Source of the DNA: Tricharina praecox
Lineage: Eukaryota
Assembly (NCBI RefSeq): GCF_024521635.1
Contig: NW_026250413.1
Span: 992,001 to 1,056,000, forward strand
Direction: 5' to 3'
DNA length: 64,000 bases
Part shown: one piece after another, positions 13,231 to 25,713 of the stretch
How positions within the stretch are numbered: the stretch's first letter is position 1
Layout: the number at the start of each line of letters is the position of its first letter
Notes under the pieces: model-generated
The model's input: the letters and a program-made list of their open reading frames with translations, nothing else
The model's database searches: none
Told to the model about the DNA's origin: nothing
Translations under genes and position numbers: made by a program

Positions 13231-16200
13231 GTAGTGGTGGTGGCGGTCGGTGGTGGGCGGTCCGTGGCGGCGGGAGAAAGAAGCCATCGTGAATCGTGGA
13301 ACGAAGTGCGTGGAACGACGAGATGGTGGATGGTGGATGGTGGGGCTGTCCTACCGTCTACATTTGTACTCAATTCCTCACGCCTCGCGCCCCCCGGGCC
13401 CCCGCCAATCTGTCATCATCAAGCCTTAAGCCTCAAGCCTCAAGTCTCACGGCCGCGAATTGAATTATTGAATTATGCACCCCGGCGCCCGCGCTTCGCT
13501 CCCTTAATTCATCACCCCTGGGCCCTGGTTGCCCCAAGCCAGTCAGTCGGTCGGTCAGTCACAAGGCAGGAACGATGAGCCATCAATGATCAGCCATCCA
13601 ACCCAGCCGTCTATTGGGCTCGTACTACGAGTCTACGACGCGTACCCAGAGTACCCGTGTACTCTATGTGAGTGTGGTGGTGGTGGTGGGGTGTGTGTAC
13701 CGGCGCAACAACCGACCGACCTTCGCAATCAATCAATCAATCAGAACGTGAAGGCTCAGGGAGGCGAGCCGAAGTGTGGCGAAGCCGTGCTGTGGTATGT
13801 AGTATCTAGAGCACCTAGTAGCAGTAATAATGGTCGATACCTTCATTTTTCTATCTAGGCAGACATTTGCAATGCGCATCGCATCGCATCGCGTTGAGAT
13901 ATAAATAGCGACAACGGTGCGCCGTGCGGTTCGGTGTGGTCGGTTGGTGTGGTCGGTCGGTGTGGTCGCTGTAGTCGCCAGTCGGTGTGGAGTAACACTC
14001 GCCGAAGGCTGGATGAAGGCTGAAGTGATCGGAGTCTCTACGTTGGAGTGGAGTCTGGTGGGGCGTAAGTAACTCTATTACTCTAGGTATTACTCTGCTA
14101 TATAGTAGGCGACCGTGCTATATAGTGCTATATACTGCATGGCCCGAATTGGACGGCAGTGCAAGAATGGGTGTCTGTCTGTCTGTCTGTCGTACTCCAG
14201 TCGTACTCAAGCGAGGTCGATACCCACTATCAGAGAAACCGCAAGCTGAGACGGAGACTGAGACTGCGACTCTGAGACTGCGATGCAATATGGGCATCAT
14301 ACACACACACATACCGGTACATACAGACATACAGAAATAGTCCACACCGGCTACTTCGCAGCCCAATCCCGTATGTAGGCAACTCCCTACCTGTAACCTA
14401 CACACACATACTTCTCCAGCAGCCCGCGCACGGAGCGGACCAAAGCAGTTCTCCGGCGAAGTCACCGGAATCCCCGGAATCCCCGGAACACCGGGGACCC
14501 TCACCTGTACCCAAACCCAAGTATGCGGTCGTGATTACCTCAGCTGACCGTTGACCTTCCATGGACACATCCCGTTCAATTGCAGGTCCTCTCTCTCTTT
14601 CTCTCTCTTGCGGGGGTGGGGACGTTAATAGTAATCACAAGAAATCCGGAGAGGGCTCGGGCATTGGGCCGGCTTTTGGATGTGGCCGAACACGACGCGA
14701 CGCGACTCGGGGTTCACCAACTAAAATCCATCCGGACTGCGGGCCACAGCTGTGGGCCTGTGGCACGTAATCTTTTTCTGTTACCGACTGGCAATGACTG
14801 ACTGACTGACTGACTGACTGACTGACTCGGATGTACACCCCGAGAGAACTCCATCGAGAGAGAGGGAGGGAGAGAGGCATATGACTGGTCGCAGCCCCCC
14901 TCCCCCGACGGGTGCGATTGGCACGAGGTTGGCGTTTGCGACGTGCGTAAGTAGACCTTCAGGCTTCATAGTCCGTGACTCGGACTTTCCCCCCCGTACC
15001 GTCGATTGAGTCCTCTCCCCCCCCCTCCTCCCGCCCCCCGATAAGCAGCCAGTCAGCGATGATGATCATGCGGCCCCTCGACGCCCCAGATCATCATGGA
15101 TGCGAGATTGGGATCGAAAATAAAAAAAATGTTCGTGGAGAAAAACTACGAGTCTACGAGTCCATTTACACGCCTGACCCGCGCCCGACCATGTCCATGC
15201 ATGTTCACATGCCAATGCACCCCCCCCCGCTCCCTGCCCTCCTTCCTTCCCCGTTCTCCCCCGTCCTCCCCCGTCCCCGTCCCCTAGTCCCCCCAGTTCC
15301 CCATTGGTGTCGTCATCGATCGCAACGCGCGACGAGCGAGGGCGAGTGCTCTCGACTCTCGAGTCTCGCTGACCCGAAACTGTGTCTACCTATTTCGTGT
15401 ATTTTAAATCGAAAAATAAATAACAAATCCCTTCTATTCTATTCACTGCTACTATCGGAGCCCCGTGGCCATGCCATGCGATTCTCGTCCCCGGAACCCG
15501 ACTCCGCGCTCGCGGCGTCAGCCCCACGGTGGCAGCCTCGTCTCTCTCTCTCTCTCTTTTGTATAAGGCTGCGCAGACACTTACGTGCGATGAAGACGAA
15601 GACGGCGACGACGGCTCGCGCGCTCAACACAGCTGAGTGCTCTACATCCCATCCCGTCCCATCCCGTCCCCCCTCTTCTCCTTACAGAAAACCCCAACTC
15701 CAACGCGGTCGAGCACCAGCGTCCACAGTCCACGTGCTATGCAGGGTCTACATACATACCAGCAGCCAGACGAGACCAGACCAGACTCCAGCGACGAGAC
15801 CAAAGACCAAAGACGAGACCGCTCGCCCTCATCCCCATCCACCACCCATCTGGCTGTGACCCAGCGCCGGACCAACCCCTGCTGGGTATCATTATCATAT
15901 CATCGCTCCCCTAAATCCCCCCCAAAATTGTCTACATACATGCATGCGCGCCTGCGGGGCCTCGGATCAGTGCAGTGCAGTGCATCACACGATCTCCATC
16001 CACCATCCATCCATATCCATCTCTTTTCCTGTCCTCGCACTCCCCCTCCCACTCCCACTCCAACTCCCACTCCAACTCCCTAGCGAGCGAGCCCCCCCGG
16101 TCCGTGAGAAATACACACATACACACATACACACGCTGAAGTTCGAAGGTCTAGAGTCGCTCATCCGATGTTTCGCCGGTGGACTATGAACTAGGCTGGC

Positions 16201-16557
16201 GAACGTCATTGCGCAGGAGCGGGGTGGGCTGGGAGGGGGGAGGGTGCGAGGGGGGGAAGGGGGCGCTTATCGTGCTGTGGAAGTTGCGCGTGGAGCGGGG
16301 GATTGGAGAGGGATTGGGGGGGGGGGGGGGGGGGGCTTATCGGTGCGGTGCATGCTTCCCTACCTACGCACGTACTGGGGCACTCGGGGTCCGGGGGGGA
16401 GGGGGCGGGGGGAAGGGGGAGAAGAAACGTTGGGACGAGGCACAGAGATGGAGATGCACAGTACGGTGCAGTACGGTACGGTAACTATGGTATGGTATGG
16501 CATGGTGTGTTATGCTTGTGGTTGTGGTTGTGCTGTGGTGTTACGGGTACGCACGCA

Positions 16558-16638
16558 GACAGGCAGTTACAGACAGGCAGGCAGTTACGGACAGGCAGGC
16601 AGTTACGGACAGGCAGGCAGTTACGGACAGGCAGGCAG
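16558..16638. repeat. 18-bp tandem repeat GACAGGCAGGCAGTTAC(A/G)
   Basis: About 4.5 copies. Confidence 0.9.
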
Positions 16639-17460
16639 GACTTGCCCACTCCATCCCTCCTGCGCAGGGCAGAGACGAGTGTGGAGACGGTGCACGACTC
16701 GCGAGGACTTTCCTTCGCTCCCTGCCGGCCGGCCGGGTCTATCGTGTACGTACGGGTATGTATGTGTGGATGTAGGAACCATAGTACAAGGTATGGTACA
16801 GATCTCGCTCGCATCGCGATGGGGATGGAGATGAGGATGGAGATGAGGATGCGGACGGAAACCGTAGTGTACCACCTACAGCACCGTGAACGCCGTCCGC
16901 TCCCGCCCAATGCAATGCCCGCGTGGAGCATCACCGCCCGCAGACGCCCAATAGATACGGTCCGTAATCCCCCTTCACCCTTGTGTCTTCGCCCCTTCAC
17001 CACACCCCGCCCGTTCAAGATGCCAATCCCAATACTAGTAACCAGATCCTACTCGTGAGTCGCAAGTCGCCGTCCGTAGCCAATTCGCCAATTCGCTGTC
17101 TGTAGTCAGCGTGGAGGGGGAGGGGAGATGGGAGGTGGGAAGTAGTGCAGTGCGGGGCAAGAGTCGAGACTCCTACTCTACTCTACTCTAGTAGAGCGTA
17201 ACCACGCTCGTGCTCTGGCTCGTGCTCTGGCTCGAGAGTCGACACTTCCTACTGTCCTCACTTCCTACGTCCTCACTTGCTACTGTCCTACAGCTCTTCA
17301 GACAAGCAAGGGAAAAGGCAAGACCAGAACAAGCAAGACCAGGACAGAACAGGACAGGCCAGGCCAGGACAGGATGGGCAACAAGAGGCAAGGCCAGGAT
17401 AGGCAAGCAAAAGGCAAGCAAAAAACAAAACCAACCAGAAAAACCAACGAATGAATAACG

Positions 17461-17740
17461 AACGCATAAGAAACGAACGCATAAAACCCCAACGCATAAA
17501 ACCCGAACGCATAAAACCCAAACGCATAAAAACCCAACGAATAGAAAACGAACGCATAAAAAACGACCGAAGAAAAACTAACGCATAAGAAACGAACGAA
17601 GAAAACACCAACACAGTACGGAACTCCTTAGTATGGAAACGGCGAGGAAATGGTGTGTGGAAACGGCGTGGGGAAACGGCGTGAGGGAAACGGTATGGAA
17701 ACGGTGTAAAAACGGTGTGGGGAAACAGTGTGGGGAAACT
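17461..17740. repeat. Composite array: AACGCATAA units (~15-bp period) followed by GAAACGG units
   Basis: Seven AACGCATAA copies at 17461-17590, then repeated GGAAAC(G/A)G at 17636-17740. Confidence 0.8.
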
Positions 17741-18415
17741 TTCCGCTGGGGTTCTTCTCTGCCTACATACCGCCTACATACTATGCCTAGATACATGATC
17801 TGCACCGTTCCCCAGGGCCTCTTCCGAATCCGTTTCCTTGCTCTGTGCTCACTGCTCGCCCATTCACGACCCTTGACTCGTGACTCGTGATTTGTGGCGG
17901 GCTGCACATAAGGCTCACGCCTCACGAGGTAGAGCTCAATTCTTTTCGTTCGTGGTCGCAGCTCACGAGATGCAGGCCGCGAGGTGCAGCCTCTCTTCTC
18001 TGCATTAGGGCCTTCGTCGCAGCCCAGGTACATTCACTTCAACTGCACTCCTCAGTTGTGCGCAACATGAACCGGACATAACCTTGAATCACATCGGACA
18101 CGCACACAATGATGTTTGGCATCAATGACCCGAAACTTGCATAGCAATTCCTTTCTTCCTGATTCCCGTACAAGGAAGAAAGGGTCACAGAACTAGAATG
18201 CCGAAGGAAGACAAAAATGCCATGCAGAAATGAAAAAAACCCGTAGAAATGTAACTTTTCCAGAATGCCATGTGTCCCAATCGTCCCCTCCCGTTGTGTT
18301 TGCATTGAAAAAGGAAACAGTAGTTGCTGAGAAACAAAAGAAATCTCCCACCCGAAAGGAAACAGACTTGCTGGAATCAAACATTGCAACTGGCACTGCA
18401 CACCTTGTTGACCGT

Positions 18416-19760
18416 CTAGGCGTTCTGGCCCTCAGGGCAGGCGGCCATCACGTGACCGGGCTGCTTGCACCTGCAAAATTGTTAGAATGCGGACGGTCGG
18501 TCAGTGGAGGAAACTCACTTGTAGCAGACACGGTCCTGCTCGCTAGGGCATTCGCGCGACAAGTGACCGATCTGGCCGCAGTTGTAGCACTTCTGTCCCT
18601 GGGTACAGTCGCGAGACAAGTGACCTGAAGAGGATCGATTAGTAAAGGGTTGGGGGAGAGCTGTGAAAAGTGCGTACCGTAGCCGCCGCAAGAATAACAG
18701 GTCTGCTGACGACCACCTCCGAAACTGCCACCCTGGGCCTGGCCACCGAAGCTACCTCCACCTCCGTTGGTGGGGCACTGACGAGCGATGTGGCCAACCT
18801 TTCCGCACTTGTAGCACTCGGCACCACCTGCGCTGGCTCCGTAACCTCCATTACCACCAGTCTGGACGGCGTTGGGGTCGTTGCAGTCACGCGAAAGGTG
18901 ACCTATCAAGGATGGTTAGTAAGCCGCTATCCCCCGCAGGGTGAATCGGAATGGGCGTACCAGGCTGGTTGCAACGGTAGCAGGTCTTTTCCTTCTGGGG
19001 ACCGGTACACTCGCGACTCATGTGGCCGTCCTCTGAATGCGCCAAAGAGCGAGGGTTAGTCAATCATTCTCATCAATTCCGATTGCGACGTGCTTCAAAG
19101 AGCGTGGAGTGCAAGCGATCGGGCGGGGTAGAAAAATGCTGGTACATACGACCACAGTTGTAGCTACACAAGGGATCTTATGTCAGAAAAAACCGTTCCT
19201 GTGAAACAAAACAAGCTCGCCTGCATGGCGGGGTAGGTGCCATCATCGGCTTCAACATCAAAATAGGAGCAAACATACCACACGGGAGTTCCACGCTTGG
19301 GGCATTCACGAGCCTGATGGGGAAGAATGAGTTAGCTTCCATCATACTGCTGGACAGTGAGTTTCCTCTGCAAACCTGATGTCCAGACTCGCCGCCTGCA
19401 CCGTCACAATCAGCTCCACACCCCACCACAAAATGAAAAGACAAGCGACACCGGAAAAGGCGGGAGGGTGCGGGGCGGTGTGAGATGAGACTCACACACA
19501 CCGTCCGACCTTTTTTGACCTTTCCCGGCACGCAGCGGAATCGAACAAAATCACGGCTGGAGGCCGCAGCAGTGGCAACACAGCAAGCAACGACGGGCTC
19601 GGACCGACGGCTACACGAGCCGACCGGTCGGCATTGTGTTGCCTGACTGACGACAAGCAGAAACGCTTTTGGGGAAGGGGGGGTTCATGAAAGACATACA
19701 GTTGTAGCAAGCACGACCTCCAGCTGCTCCTCCGCCGTAGTTTCCACCCTGGAAATCCAT
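18416..19760 (-). CDS. GIS2: CNBP/Gis2/Byr3-type CCHC zinc-knuckle RNA-binding protein; exons 19760-19700, 19395-19376, 19313-19279, 19163-19150, 19032-18961, 18902-18678, 18624-18519, 18470-18416
   Basis: Splicing at GT..AG sites with CTRAY-like branch points gives MDFQGGNYGG..CYNCGESGHQAREC..CYNCGQDGHMSREC..CYRCNQPGHLSRDC..CYKCGKVGHIARQC..CYSCGGYGHLSRDC..CYNCGQIGHLSREC..CYKCKQPGHVMAAC: seven CX2CX4HX4C knuckles with Gly-rich linkers. Confidence 0.93.
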
Positions 19761-21445
19761 TGCGCTAGATGTTTGTTTGTAAGAGCGTACGTAGGTTTTC
19801 GAGAGGGTGCTGAGGCGTAAGACCGTACGGAACCGAAGAGAAAAAATGGTGGCGGTGTTTTTAAAGGAGGAGGGGAAGTGTAGATGTGGTGTGAGTTGGG
19901 AGAGGAAGGAAGAAGGTTGGTGGGGGAGGGGAAGTAGTGATTGAGAAAGTTGGGTTGGTGGTCGTTGGTGGAGAGCGAATGAGCAGACTAGCGCGGATGA
20001 AAAAATCAAAATAGTGAACTTCGTCCACTTTTGTATGTCTCGTGCTTTGACGCTGGGGGCACTTTTCATGCCTTTCTTTCTTCTCTCTCTTTCTTTCTCG
20101 TCTCTTCCTTTTTTCCGCTGCCTCCAAATCTCCCTGGTCTTTTTTTTTTCCTTCGTTCTTTTTTTTTTTTTTCTTCTTTCTTTTTTTACCCCGGTCCGTT
20201 CTCTGGTCGAGCCCAGGCGGCAAACCCTCTTCGCACACACAACAAAAGCCAGCAGTCAGAAGTGACGGTGTCCGGTACGTACTCGCTCTGCTCTAACTGA
20301 ATCTTCACAGCTAGAGCTCGAAGGGGAAACACGTGTGCTTGGTAGCTGCCAATCGAGGGCTTGCATGCGCTTAGTCAACACCACAATCGCCAGCCAGCAG
20401 GAAAGCGGCGAAAAAAAAGAGCAGCTGCGGCGGCGAAAATGATGCTGCCTTGCTGGCTGCTGCCGGTAGACGGGCTGCCGCGGTTTGTCTCGTAACGGTG
20501 ATCAAAGAACCCGGACCGGACAAGCCGGAAGGAAGCGTTTTCCCTTCGCCCCGTCAAACGGCCAGCTGCTACCAGCCAGAGATCCTCGCGAAGTGACAAT
20601 TTACTCGACCCTACTCGACTCGACCCTACTCGACTCGACCCTACGACTCGACCCGACTCGACTCGACTCGATCACTGCCGGCACATGGCAGTTGTCCCGC
20701 GCTGCGTGGTTCGTCCCTCCTTCGGAAATTCAAAGACCTCCAACCACGGTCCCCCTACTGTACCTGCCTCGCACGTCAGTCCTCGTCCCTCGCCCCCTCA
20801 GCGGACCGGAACTCTACATGGAGGAACTTATGCACCGCATGATCATGACGGAACCGATTGAGTAGAGCAGAGTAGTTGCATCACTTTGTCGTTTGCAACC
20901 CAGCGCAGGTGCGCGATACCTTCGTGCCCTCACGTACCTCCCTCGCCGTGTATGGCTGGCTAGCAATCCATCTTCCCCTCGTCGGTCGCTCTATGCGTTC
21001 GTCTAGCTGGCAATCACTGGGCAATCATTCGCAGCCGGTCGCACCGAGCCTTCCCTCCTCCCCACTCCCTCCCTCACCGCATGCACGGATCCATCAAAGC
21101 TTCTTCTGCCTGGCGGTCAGACAGACAGACACAGACCACCACTTTATCCATCCAACTTATCCAACCCGGCAAACCCAATCGCAGGAATACCGCTACCCCG
21201 GATTCCCATTGGCCATCTCGCTCATGGCCATGGCCCATGGTTTGTGCTGTGTGTGCTCCGAACGCAAGAGAAGCTTTCCCAACTCCATGCTCTATCAAGT
21301 GAACTCGCCTCCCCTACTCGACTCTACTGGAGATTCAAAACCGGCCCAACTGCTACTGCCACTGCGCGCACAACGTGTTTGATCTCATGACAGAGCACGA
21401 GCTCGCTGGTTGGGGGGAGCGAGGGATTGGGATTTCTTATTTTGT

Positions 21446-21590
21446 CGCACGTGAGCGGGGAATTATGATTGCTTCTTTTATCGCACGTGAGCGGGGGGTT
21501 CAGAATCAAATTCCTTGGTTTATCGGCACGTGAGTGAGCGAGGGAGCCGGATTGCTTGGTCTACTCTACTCTATCGGCACGTGAGCGGGA
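21446..21590. promoter_or_regulatory. Cluster of four CACGTGA (TCACGTG) bHLH E-boxes
   Basis: CACGTG at 21448, 21484, 21527 and 21578, each in the context TC(G)GCACGTGAG. Confidence 0.55.
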
Positions 21591-23330
21591 AGCCGGCTAC
21601 CTTCCCACAGACAAACCACCTACCTACAAAACCAGAGCAGGGTATAGAGTAGACGAGAGTTCGAAACGTCCTGGCCCACGCCACCGCTACGATGAAACGA
21701 AACTTCCCCCCACGAAACACACGGAGAAAGAATGAAACAAACAAAGCAAGCAAGCACGAAGGAAAGAACGAAGAACAAACCGAAACGAAACGGTGCCGAG
21801 AGATCTCCCGTAGTTACGCACCGTACCGTACCGTACCGTACCGTACCGTACCGGTACTAGCACGAGGAACCGCACGCACGCATCCAGATTCCATGACCCC
21901 CCTCCTCGTCTACCCTCCCCTCCCCTCCCCGTTTCCTCCAGCCGTTTCTCGTGATCGCGATAGAGCGATGGATAGATAAGCGAGCCAGCCAGCCCTCCAG
22001 CCTGCCAGAAGAAACAAAACCGTCACTGTCACGTCGATACATGCATACATATTCTACACGGCTCAATTCCTACATCCGTGTGGCCGTCACATGCCATGCA
22101 TGAACCTACCACCTACCACCGACCCCGACCACCAACCCCGACCGAGCGACCACTGACCGACCAGGGCAACAGCGAGCAGCGAACAGCGAGCAGGGAAGTC
22201 ATCTGGTCCCAAGATGCAGGTTGTTCCACGACGTCGAGCGACTGTGGGTGCACTGGGTGGGTGGGCGGGCAGACGGGCAGCTGCGAGATGGGAGTGATCT
22301 TGAGGTGCTGCACTGCACTGAAAAGGATGGGAAGTGAAGTGAAGTGAAGTGGAAGGGGGGGGAGGCGTGAATACCGAATACTGAAAGCGGCCAGACAGCA
22401 GGGGAAGAGGTCACAGCGACAATGATGAGTGTCTGTATGTCTGTATGTAGAGTACGCACGGCTCAGTTAGTTACGCAAGTGCAGATAAGTGCGTATCTGG
22501 TAGATGAGGTAAGAAGTCATAGGTAGGCAAAGAGCGATGATGACGGCGAGTTGCGAGTCGCCAGTCGCGACAGGTGATAGGTAATGCCGTCCCGGCCGGA
22601 TATCATCACCGGTTTGTACGTAGAGTAGGTAGGAGGTACGTATCATACGGTATCTCCACAAGTATCCACCGCAAGTATTATACCACGAGTAGGTAATTCG
22701 ACCACGCCAGCCCCTCCTCCTCCTCCCCATCTTCCTCACGAGCACAATTCAGCCTTCGTGTTTTGTATGCATAGGTTCTTATGTAAGTATTTACATGCTC
22801 GTGGAAGCGCCTTGGAAAAGTTGACACTCCTCCCCTCTCGCCTCTCCATGCGAACCTCCGCAGAATCCGCAGCCTTGTCGAATATCGAACGATTACGGTA
22901 GGTATGCAAGACTCAACTGTGCTGTAGAGTACCGTACCCCATGATCGCCCAGCTGCAGAACAATCCCAACGCAACCTTGCTCTGCTCTGCTCTATCATAT
23001 CATTCTACATATCATATCGTTCTACATATCATAGTAGAGTACTCTGATATGTACTGTATGTACTGTACATCTCGCGAGCCGCTCGGGATCTACCGCCGGT
23101 TAAACACCTGCGAGTCTGCGACACCACCACCTGCACAACCACCACCTGCACAACCACATCCAGACTCCAGACTCCACCTCCAGAGTCCACATCCAGAGTC
23201 CACATCCAGAGTCCACATCCAGAGTCCACCACCACCTCCAGAGTCCACCACCACCAGAGTCTACCACCACTACCAACTCCACTATGTACCATACCGTTGT
23301 TGCGATTGTTCCAATTGTTTGCCTCGCCTC

Positions 23331-23408
23331 GCTTTTGCTTTTGCTTTTGCTTTTGCTTTTGCTTTTGCTTTTGCTTTTGCTTTTGCTTTTGCTTTTGCTT
23401 TTGCTTTT
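23331..23408. repeat. (GCTTTT)13 microsatellite
   Basis: Thirteen perfect hexamers. Confidence 0.95.
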
Positions 23409-24806
23409 GCCTCGCTTTTACTTTACTTTGCTTTTGCTTCCTCGCTGCTTTATTTTTCGCTGCTTTTGTTTTGTTTTTTCCAGTACCCTATGTAGGTGTC
23501 TGCGGCCCTCTGGACTCTACATGGAGCTCGTAGGGAGCCAGCTTGGCTATTTTTACATTCGATTCTCCTTCGGGCCCTCCCTTCTCCACCATCGTCCACT
23601 TTGAGGGCTGAGGGTCGAGGGTCGAGAGGGCTCAGTCGAAGCGAGAGAAGGAGGCAGGGAGGGGCGGAGGGAGGTGAGGGGGACGGGAGAGAGCACTGCA
23701 GACAACCGAGCAGACAACCCGACCGGCGGGCAAGCAGGTAGGCAGGCAGCCTCGCCTCGACACGTGGATCCTACATGTACTCTGTATGTAGCCTACCGTC
23801 CTCTACCGCCCTCTACGCAGCGCAGCGCTGCAGCATTGAGCCATGGGAGCAGGAGGAGCACAGCACAGATGATCAACGTGCATGTCTGGGGGGACGGTGT
23901 GAGTGTGCAAGACTGGGAGTGTGGGACGGCGCGAGAGTGTGGGAGTGCGAGAGAGAGGCTCGATCGATCGCTGCTACCTTTGTCCTATGTAAGGTGATGG
24001 TGTTTGCGCTCCAGGTGAGGACACATATGTAGAGTACTTTTTTGAGCTCTCTCTGAGCTCTCTCTCGCACGGCTGACGATGCGGACGATGCGGAGGATGT
24101 GTCTATGCGGACGATGCGGAGGATGTGTCTATGCGGACGATAGCCATGGGGATCGGACGGTGGTTGTGGTGGTGACGGTGGTGGTGATGACGGTGGTGGT
24201 GGTGGTGGTGGTGCTGCTGGTGGTGGGGATCGAACATCTCGTAGGGAGCTCACCAGCTCCGCAGCTCCCAGCTGTGATGCAATACGATATGCAGTGAGGT
24301 CGAGCAGGAGCAGCAGCAGGAGCAGAAGAAGAAGAAAGGATTGCTACTTGATAACGTTACCGCTCGGCTTTGTCCAGCGGTGCTGGCGATCGTATGCTAT
24401 GCATCGAGGACGCATATTCCTGTCTCGTATGTACTACACATACCTGCCACTGTGTACGAGTACCTGTGAGAGTCGGTGAACCCGCTCTGCTCTGCGGTGG
24501 GAGTCATCATCGGCTGCGTTTCGAATGCTGATCCCCAAGGCCTCGCAGCTAGCCAAGCCTGGCCAAGGAAGGTTCATGCTCATGCTCATGCTCATGATCA
24601 CAAGGCTGAGCATTCTTCACCCCCCCCCCCCCCCCCGCCGCCCTCCCGGTTGTACGCATTTGCTGGACGTGGGAGTCGGGACCTCCTACATACATTCTGA
24701 CATACTTGGAACATTCACACTTTCACTTTTCTACCTGGGAGAACCGGGAGAACCGGGTGAGTGGACTGGACAGCTACAGCTACAGCTACTTGTGTACCTA
24801 CGGTAA

Positions 24807-24885
24807 GTATCCCAACTACGGAATCCCAACGACGGTATCCCAACTACGGTATCCCAACTACGGTATCACAACTACGGTATCCCAA
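24807..24885. repeat. 14-bp tandem repeat GTATCCCAACTACG x5.6
   Basis: Five full copies with few substitutions, plus a partial copy. Confidence 0.9.
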
Positions 24886-25713
24886 GGTGCAGAACACTCA
24901 ACACCAGTCGTCAATGAAGCCGCAGCCTCTCAGCCTCAGCAATCCGCCCATTCTCTCCCCTCCCGACCGCACGCCACGATCTGGGTGAGCACTGCCCTCA
25001 AGCCGTCAAGCCCAAGCCCTCGTACCTTCCACAAGGCAGCCATGATCGCCGCCGCTCCACATGAACGGATACACGCGCTTGCCGGACTCACGGCTCGCGG
25101 TTATATTCGCATCCTCCCCCTCCCCCTCCCCCTCCCTCTCCTGCTTCATTGATCGTCGGCGCTATATGCTGGTAACCACTCCACTCCGCACTTCAGACTT
25201 CAAAGAGTAGCTCGATTTCACCCTCGCCATAATGGAGGCTGGCGATCAAAGATGTGAGTGAGCACAATCGGTCCCACGCATCGTATGTGTGTACGGTATG
25301 TAGTAGTAGTAAAGTAGAGTAAATGTAGAGTACTGTACTGTAGATACTGCACTGTATCCCTCTAAAAAATTAAGCAAGCAAGCAAGGCAAGCAAGGCAAG
25401 GCAAGCATCGCCCAGCCCTCCCTCCCACCATATATCAGATCAGACCAGACACTGAAATTTTTCTTTTTTTTTGTGCCGTTGGTAGTAGGCCGGAAGAGTC
25501 GGAAAACCTACGGGTCAGCCAGTATTCCGCGTGTGCGTGTGTATGTAGGTAGTATGCAAGACATTTCTCCACACAGCACACATCCTCCGCGTTTGCCCCC
25601 CCTCCCCCTCCCCCTCCCCCCTTCCTCCCCCCTTCCCAAACATGACAGGAATGAAAAGCAAAGACAAGACAAGACAGGGCAGGAGAGAGAGAGAAGAGGT
25701 AGGTAGGGAGGTA

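Noticed and set aside
13011-13578. Poly-Thr / poly-Val / HYHSY ORFs
   Set aside because: Artefacts of the 15-bp tandem repeat.
22941-23604. Poly-Leu, (FA)n and (FC)n ORFs
   Set aside because: Artefacts of the (GCTTTT)13 microsatellite.
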